This document shows positions 57,770-64,000 of a DNA stretch of 64,000 nt, piece by piece. The notes under the pieces are model-generated. The model was not told the DNA's origin. It worked only from the letters and a program-made list of their open reading frames with translations, and ran no database searches. The number at the start of each line of letters is the position of its first letter. Position 1 is the stretch's first letter. The position numbers were made by a program, and so were the translations under genes. Source of the DNA: a virus (lineage: Duplodnaviria; Caudoviricetes); IMG/VR virus record IMGVR_UViG_2974601178_000001, positions 32,001-96,000 of that record; one strand, given 5' to 3'.

Positions 57770-60049
57770 CTACTTTCTAAATAGCGACACTTTATACTCA
57801 TTGTCTGCGCGTATGACCTGCCCGATAGTTACAGGTTCAGGTTTATCTGTGTTACTTCTAGCAAAGTACATTTTTCCTACCCAACTACTAAAACCACTTG
57901 GTGTCACTGCTCCTGACAGGTTAGGGGCAATACTAGCTAATCTTGACCCGTATTCATAATCACCAACACCGTAATTAGATGCTGTTAGTGACATAATGCA
58001 GTGATACTCACCATCGTCTGTTGATGGGACTCCTCCCGCACCGATAGGTCGGTAAATATCACCTATTGCTCGCATTTGTAAGTCGGTACTCGCTCCTACA
58101 AACGGGTTAACTATCCCAGCGTAATCTATTAAATCAACTCGACCAGTTTGTGCCAACTCCATTTGCGGACATACTAACTTAGCTGTAACACCGTTAAAGT
58201 GGACTACAGGCCACATAGCAGGATAGTGATATCCGAAGTTGCCATCGGATAGCATTTTGCTTTCGTGGCTTACAACAATTTTACCATTCCCGATGCTATG
58301 AGTCAGTGATGTATCACAAATGTCCGTTGACGTAGCAGTAACAATGCCATAGTACGCTCGGATCTTCTGATTCAAAATTAATTGATAACCTACTGCGTAA
58401 CTTCCATTTTCCAAAGATTTTGTAAGACCGTCCGCTGAGATAGTCAAAGCAGATGTTAAGTATTCATTACCGTGGAGATTTCCTCCTACATCTTGATACG
58501 GATCGCTTAGTGTCGGTCTAAACTCGTATGCGTACTCAAGCTGACTACCAGCAGCCTGTAGCGTATCAGATCTGTTTGAGTCGGTAACAAATGCTGAGCG
58601 CTTTATAAGTAACCAAGTCACATTCCCATCTGTTGCGCTACCGCTCGTATGGCTTGGTATTTCCGTACCAGACGTCCCAGCAACTGTACAAACATAAATG
58701 CGACCACCACCACCTATCACTTCCTCGTACTGAGCATAAGCTGTAGTCGGCATCCAAACTTTAGGCCTTACACTGGGACTCCACGGGTTTCCGAACGAAT
58801 CCCCCTCAATTGTTAATCCTGAAAATATAAATCTATCCCCAGCCAAACTTGACTGGTTCTTAGCTGCTGACAGTGTGAATCTAACTAAGTACGGTGAAAC
58901 TCTAGCGGGTAAACCAGACGCGACCAGTTTTGTCTGTCGATGCGTTAAATCAATGGGCGTGTATGTGTCAACTGTGGTCGCCTCATTAACTAATGCTGTT
59001 GATCCGTCGATGGTCACGTCAATAATATTCCCGTTGTTTCGACCCGTGAAATTCAACGTTATATCGGCCTCACCAGAGCCAACTTGCAAGCTTACCTCCA
59101 CGAACGCACCAACAGTAGTAGTTTGTGCAGCACGATGTCCTAAATATGGATTTGGGTCGCTAGAGCTAAGGTCTGTCCATGTACCAGAACCAGTCGTGAC
59201 TTCTGCATCACCCCAAATTATAGACTCCGCAAAGTCCTGAATCATTGTCTGATTCCAGCCAAACGGTGTAGTGTTCCCAGCTGCGTCTAGTCCACTGTTT
59301 GCAAAATCACTTACTTGCCAAGTTCTTCCGCCCAAGTGTAAGTAGCTGCGGTATTGCTCATCTGAGATTTTCAGTAATGCCGATTTTCTAGATGGTATTA
59401 GCCCAGTCATAATTGGGGGAGTTATTGACTTACCGCGCAGTACTGGTGCTATCATGTTGTTAGCGATGTCTCCCGCTGCTTCTCCACCAACTTGAGTATT
59501 GCTATCTGTGGCGGCTAGCTCCTGCCGCAGCACATCAACCTCAAAACTAATCTGAATAGAATCAACCTCAACATAATAATCACCATCAGCAATATAAAAA
59601 GCAACAACTCCAGAGCTATCAGATACATTACTCGTACCATTCTGCAAAATCTCATTTGCACCATCTTTATCACTGTAAATAGTAGCTAGAGAATTATCAG
59701 ACGTTTTACGTACTTCATAAGCAACCCCTGCGCCACCTGCAAACGTTGTAACTTTGGTTAGGTTGTCGGTAGGCGATTGGAATATTTTTAGTGTAAGAGG
59801 CTCTTTAACAATACCACGAATAGCCTCTAAGTATTGACTGTTATTAGCATTATCAGCATTTCCAGAAGGAGTTAGACCCCCTTCCTTCAATAACGCTTGG
59901 AAGAAACCCCATTGATCATTAATGTAGTCTTCTTCAAATGGTGTACCATCTATTGCGGCAGGGGTACTTTTGTTACGGGCTTTACCTTGCGGGTAGTTGG
60001 CATCCGTTGCGACTTGATCGGGATACCTTTGTTTATAATCTATTGCCAT
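57770..60049 (-). CDS. Tail fibre / receptor-binding protein 1
   Basis: N-terminus shared with neighbour (NDQWGFxQALL, YEVRKTSDNSLATIYSDKDGA); carbohydrate-binding-like C-terminus; higher GC. Confidence 0.8.
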   Translation of the reverse strand: MAIDYKQRYPDQVATDANYPQGKARNKSTPAAIDGTPFEEDYINDQWGFFQALLKEGGLTPSGNADNANNSQYLEAIRGIVKEPLTLKIFQSPTDNLTKVTTFAGGAGVAYEVRKTSDNSLATIYSDKDGANEILQNGTSNVSDSSGVVAFYIADGDYYVEVDSIQISFEVDVLRQELAATDSNTQVGGEAAGDIANNMIAPVLRGKSITPPIMTGLIPSRKSALLKISDEQYRSYLHLGGRTWQVSDFANSGLDAAGNTTPFGWNQTMIQDFAESIIWGDAEVTTGSGTWTDLSSSDPNPYLGHRAAQTTTVGAFVEVSLQVGSGEADITLNFTGRNNGNIIDVTIDGSTALVNEATTVDTYTPIDLTHRQTKLVASGLPARVSPYLVRFTLSAAKNQSSLAGDRFIFSGLTIEGDSFGNPWSPSVRPKVWMPTTAYAQYEEVIGGGGRIYVCTVAGTSGTEIPSHTSGSATDGNVTWLLIKRSAFVTDSNRSDTLQAAGSQLEYAYEFRPTLSDPYQDVGGNLHGNEYLTSALTISADGLTKSLENGSYAVGYQLILNQKIRAYYGIVTATSTDICDTSLTHSIGNGKIVVSHESKMLSDGNFGYHYPAMWPVVHFNGVTAKLVCPQMELAQTGRVDLIDYAGIVNPFVGASTDLQMRAIGDIYRPIGAGGVPSTDDGEYHCIMSLTASNYGVGDYEYGSRLASIAPNLSGAVTPSGFSSWVGKMYFARSNTDKPEPVTIGQVIRADNEYKVSLFRK

Positions 60050-60130
60050 TATTAGTTGTCCTTGTGATAAAATGATTGCTATGTTTACATGAAAGATGTT
60101 TTAGCCAATCCAATGACTTGGATATTGGGT

Positions 60131-60307
60131 TTTTACTTTGCCGTTGATATTGGTAGTAAGATTAAAAAATAGTTATAACATATAACAATTAGTTATTAGC
60201 AATAAAAGCGAATATCGCATATTGTTAGTTCAACAACAAATTGAGAGGAGTAGAAAAATGCCAGATTTACAAGCGATAATTATTACAGTTGTTTTAGTGT
60301 GTGGCCT
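60131..60307 (+). repeat. Repeat copy 2 downstream of tail spike gene; encodes 20-aa hydrophobic peptide (60258-60320)
   Basis: MPDLQAIIITVVLVCGLNIL with SD GAGGAG; ~80 bp extra between the two conserved blocks. Confidence 0.75.
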
Positions 60308-60341
60308 GAATATACTGTAGCAACTGAACCAGAAGATGTAA

Positions 60342-62849
60342 TTAACCCAGAAACGATACTGTAAACACCCTATCAGAACCTAAAAGATTTGTGATGTTTA
60401 ATTGTCCTTGCGCGTCAATCCACATGTTTATTTTACCGCTAACAGCGGGGTCACTACCTGTACCTAATTCATACGTGGAACTGAATGGGTTGGACAATGG
60501 TGTTATACTGCCGCCAGCACCATTAGATGAGAATATGCCTGATGAGTTGCCGAAGGTGTTTGCAACTACAAATACATGAGAGCCAGCTATATAGCCCTTA
60601 GTTTCGAACGTTAATGTAGCACCATCAGCTATGCTCCCAGACTGCACCGTGAGCGCCCCTCCAGTTTTTCCTCCAGTTAGAGAATCCCCGTTCAGCGTCG
60701 GGTAAGCAACGTCTGAATTTTCCAAGAGGGTGGGCCTGCCCGAAATACCTTTGAAATTCCTGCCGCTGACAGACCCCCCAAAATTCCTTAATCCGCCCCC
60801 AAAGTTAGCGAAGAAAGGTACAGGCGCACCCCTCTGACTAACGTTGTTAACATCAAATGCAATATTATTACATGCATTACTAGCCCCAATCCAGCTTAGT
60901 TTAATTTCAGGTACATTTATGTTCTCAAGAATTACAGGCACCTCAGCGTCTGCGTAGTCTGTAAGTAACAAATGGTCAGTTGCACCCTTGGATAGAGTGA
61001 TATTACTGATATTTATGCCACTCATATCAGTGTTTTGCACTGCCACCCCCACTGACAAGTCTATCAAATGCGTAAAGGCAGTAACAACCGAGTCGGGTAG
61101 ATTATTATTTATTGTTATGTTGTCTATGTTAATCATTGTTTTATTAACATTGTACTCTGTACCATTGTAAAAACTAATTGGCACTAGCTTTTCTAGTAGT
61201 ATATGCTGGCCGTTATCAGACCCTATGTTCCAAGTAATATCTTCAAATGTTCCGACACCCCATTGAGAATTCATATGGGTTGACTGCCCACCACCAGTAG
61301 TGAGACGGCCGCCGAACATGTTTATAGTCTCGTGGTGGCAGCATGGTATACACTGAAACTTAGCTGCTCTAACTATCGGATTATTGTAGGTATTACCGTA
61401 GCTCTCAACGCTAGCGTCTGGATATACGTTAAATGTAGCATCGTCATTTTGAAAATGAAGTGGCTCTGGTAGTAGTATAGCTATCATGTCTACATCTATG
61501 TCTTTTATACCAACCTCATTACTGTACATGCCTAGATAATAATTGTTTCTGTGTATAATATTTTTAGGGTAAAAGGTGTTGGCTGAGTGCACAACTAAGA
61601 GACCGTTTGAGCCAGTTGAGCTAGGTACACCAGTGTTTGCCTCTCTACCTATTCTATCTATAACATTGCGCTCAAGCAACGCTAAGTTGAATGACCCCTG
61701 TATTCTCGCACCCTCATTGCTGCCGTCCGTTCCGCCAGACTTATTTAGATTAATATACGCACCGCCAGACAGAATCGCGTCAGGCAGTTCACTGTCCATA
61801 GGAGTGTTGTTAAAAACCTTTAACCCGCTCGATATGGTGTCAGCCCCGTCGAACTTTATGGATGATTTAAAGCTGTTGCCATCACAATAAACGTCTAACA
61901 TATGCGACCGAGACACACCGCCAGTCCAAACAAGCCCGCCGATACCTGTGAGTATTTTAGGTACGGTTAACGTCCCAGAGGTAGCTGTGGATAAATCGTA
62001 GTACCTATCGAAATTAACACTCACAATCGGGCTTTCTATCAGCTCCGCTAGCACTACGCTATTATCCTGCCCCACCCTAAAACCTACCGCCTCCGCAGGC
62101 ACTTCGCCATTTATAGCCAATTCAAGGGACAGCAAGGGGTCACTTATAGATTGTAAAATATACGAATTGTTTGGTGTTACAGAATTAGTCGGCACAACTC
62201 TCCATGTAGTGTTTCCTCTGTCTTCAATACATATCGACATTCCGTTCACGATGTCATCTCTGCTTAACGCATGTTCTGTGGTTGGAGATGTCTTTTTTGT
62301 GTATATTGCATAGGCAGACCAGCTCGCAAGCACACTAAATCCCGCACTAACCCCACCAACCTCAATATAATAATCACCATCAGCCACATAAAAGCCAAGC
62401 TCACCTCTAGCGTTACTTTTATTGTCAATGCCATCTTGCGCAATCTCAGAAGCGCCGTCCTTGTCGCTGTAAATAGTAGCTAAAGAGTTATCAGAAGTTT
62501 TACGCACTTCGTACACTTCATTTGCATCAACTGTGCGGGTTTGTATTTCTGTTAACCCACCATAGGTAGGTGATTGAAATATCTTCAACGCAAGTGGCTC
62601 TCGGATAAGTTTATTCACCGCATCCAAATAATCACTTTGTCCAACTTGATCAGGTGTTCCAGAAGGGGTAATATCCGCAGCATCTAATAACGCTTGCAAA
62701 AAACCCCATTGATCATTAACCCAACTTGCACGAAGTGGTGTCCCTGTACCTTTCTCCCCGTTTACAATATCCTGTGCCTTTCCTAAAGGATAACCACTAT
62801 CACCAGTGACCACCCTTCCTGAATATAAATTACTTGCTACAATAGCCAT
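60342..62849 (-). CDS. Tail spike / receptor-binding protein 2 (beta-helix-like)
   Basis: Shared N-terminal anchor; N/I-rich repeats (INIDNITI, INISNITL, ILENINV). Confidence 0.8.
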   Translation of the reverse strand: MAIVASNLYSGRVVTGDSGYPLGKAQDIVNGEKGTGTPLRASWVNDQWGFLQALLDAADITPSGTPDQVGQSDYLDAVNKLIREPLALKIFQSPTYGGLTEIQTRTVDANEVYEVRKTSDNSLATIYSDKDGASEIAQDGIDNKSNARGELGFYVADGDYYIEVGGVSAGFSVLASWSAYAIYTKKTSPTTEHALSRDDIVNGMSICIEDRGNTTWRVVPTNSVTPNNSYILQSISDPLLSLELAINGEVPAEAVGFRVGQDNSVVLAELIESPIVSVNFDRYYDLSTATSGTLTVPKILTGIGGLVWTGGVSRSHMLDVYCDGNSFKSSIKFDGADTISSGLKVFNNTPMDSELPDAILSGGAYINLNKSGGTDGSNEGARIQGSFNLALLERNVIDRIGREANTGVPSSTGSNGLLVVHSANTFYPKNIIHRNNYYLGMYSNEVGIKDIDVDMIAILLPEPLHFQNDDATFNVYPDASVESYGNTYNNPIVRAAKFQCIPCCHHETINMFGGRLTTGGGQSTHMNSQWGVGTFEDITWNIGSDNGQHILLEKLVPISFYNGTEYNVNKTMINIDNITINNNLPDSVVTAFTHLIDLSVGVAVQNTDMSGINISNITLSKGATDHLLLTDYADAEVPVILENINVPEIKLSWIGASNACNNIAFDVNNVSQRGAPVPFFANFGGGLRNFGGSVSGRNFKGISGRPTLLENSDVAYPTLNGDSLTGGKTGGALTVQSGSIADGATLTFETKGYIAGSHVFVVANTFGNSSGIFSSNGAGGSITPLSNPFSSTYELGTGSDPAVSGKINMWIDAQGQLNITNLLGSDRVFTVSFLG

Positions 62850-62903
62850 GTTCTAGTGTTCCTTAATTTATTATAATTGTTATTCTTTTATTAAGACGAT
62901 CTC

Positions 62904-63818
62904 CTAGAAAGGAGATTGATCCCTGTCCGTTAATAGTTCTGCTCTTTTACCACGATTGCCTACACTACTTTTAACAAATAGTCCCGATGCCAAAGCTCCC
63001 TCATCGCCTGCAAGCATTTTAGCATCTCCTGCTAAAGAGTAACCTATATCGTAAATGTCAGATAACTCTGGGTAAATCCCTTGACCAAGTAAAAATTCTG
63101 TACCTACTAACGCAAAGGCTTTCTCTCCTTCAAAAGACTTCAACTCCATTGTACCAAGCTCTGCTCCTATTTGACCAAGAGATAATCCTGTGAAAGCAGC
63201 AGGGATAGCACATTCTATAAATGACCCTCCACATTCAGCATCCACACTTCCTGTATCGATATCTTCTGTTGCAGCATTTGGTACATAAGTGTACTCATTA
63301 TCATAAGCAGTGGATAATTCTACGGGACGAAATCCATAGTTATCAATCAACACCATTATACCACCAGTGCGAACACCAGCAGGAGTAACATTATCTAAAG
63401 TGGAAGGTATTGCGGAGGGTATTGTTGTTCCGTTGGTCTCCAACACTGTACACGCAGGGTAATGTTCAAAGTACCTCACTTTTGTAGCGTTGGTAGCTAT
63501 TGATAAATAATTGATCACATCCTCAGGTGTACCACTTCCAATATTAACACTTATTTTAAAAAGTATATAATTTCGGTAATCGGAGTCTGTTCTGCCTTTA
63601 CGCTCAGCGCCAATCAATTTACCTATGAGGTCTAGTTGGTAACCTGTAGCAGTTTTAAAGTCTGTATTTATTGCTGATAAAGCTAGTTGTTCAACGTTTA
63701 AATCTTCTACGGACTCTAAATAAATTCTTAAAAATTCTCTTAATTTATCACTGTTTTCATACTGTATAGGTAAGAGGTCGGTGTACTCTTCATAATTTCT
63801 TTCTTTGATTACACTCAT
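62904..63818 (-). CDS. Baseplate wedge protein (DUF2612/gpI-like)
   Basis: TATGxQLDLIGKLIGxxR...DxxYR...N.GSGT...PAGV. Confidence 0.75.
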   Translation of the reverse strand: MSVIKERNYEEYTDLLPIQYENSDKLREFLRIYLESVEDLNVEQLALSAINTDFKTATGYQLDLIGKLIGAERKGRTDSDYRNYILFKISVNIGSGTPEDVINYLSIATNATKVRYFEHYPACTVLETNGTTIPSAIPSTLDNVTPAGVRTGGIMVLIDNYGFRPVELSTAYDNEYTYVPNAATEDIDTGSVDAECGGSFIECAIPAAFTGLSLGQIGAELGTMELKSFEGEKAFALVGTEFLLGQGIYPELSDIYDIGYSLAGDAKMLAGDEGALASGLFVKSSVGNRGKRAELLTDRDQSPF

Positions 63819-63819
63819 A

Positions 63820-64000
63820 TTACCTCTCGAAAACTGAAATCCTATCTAGTGAAAAGGATGCTTCTTCTAAAATACTTATATCAATCGGGGGAGAAGCTAC
63901 TAACAAAGGTGTTGAATCTGTAGGACTATCAGTTGCACCAATGAGGACATCCACTTCCTGTAATCCAGTTATGTTTTGGAAAATATTACTCATTATTCGC
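63820..64000 (-). CDS. C-terminal fragment of probable baseplate J-like protein
   Basis: Open frame ...IFQNITGLQEVDV...IDISILEEASFSLDRISVFER* upstream of wedge gene. Confidence 0.5.
   Translation of the reverse strand, partial: RIMSNIFQNITGLQEVDVLIGATDSPTDSTPLLVASPPIDISILEEASFSLDRISVFER

Noticed and set aside
57770-62849. DGR or invertase-driven tail fibre switching
   Set aside because: No reverse transcriptase, TR/VR pair or invertase in the window; repeats are direct, not inverted
1-64000. tRNA or rRNA genes
   Set aside because: No cloverleaf with T-loop GTTCRA and acceptor stem recognised in intergenic regions; a tRNAscan run would confirm

Overview
64 kb from the genome of a large, AT-rich lytic tailed phage, probably a myovirus of a gammaproteobacterial host. 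That host call is inferred from sigma70 promoters and Fur/ArgR/sigma54/IHF-type sites. Left arm (1-21.3 kb, +): nucleotide metabolism (thyA, dfr, nrdA split by a 221-nt group I intron, nrdB-glutaredoxin fusion), GH108 endolysin, PhoH, ClpP-like protease, two adenine methyltransferases, an SF1 helicase and many small genes. Centre (24-32 kb): a largely non-coding block packed with near-consensus host protein binding sites (Fur, sigma54, ArgR, matS-like, DnaA, IHF). It surrounds a strongly GATC-enriched cluster of small early-type genes that includes an Ocr-like DNA mimic and denV, and it is a candidate terminal or first-injected region. 32-45 kb (-): macrodomain, a second PolA/T7-RNAP-fold protein, Pnk + RNA ligase and a transglycosylase. 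45-57.4 kb (+): primase-helicase, PolA, SSB, and a transposase-free, catalytically intact TnpB/Cas12f-like nuclease with its own promoter-driven structured RNA. This element appears to sit inside a small phage gene whose displaced 3' end is the predicted guide, making it a candidate RNA-guided homing element. Right end (-): two modular tail fibre/spike genes, each followed by a conserved antisense micro-peptide cassette, then baseplate genes. Seven free-standing HNH/GIY-YIG-type endonuclease genes are scattered through the window. No tRNA, rRNA or CRISPR array was seen.
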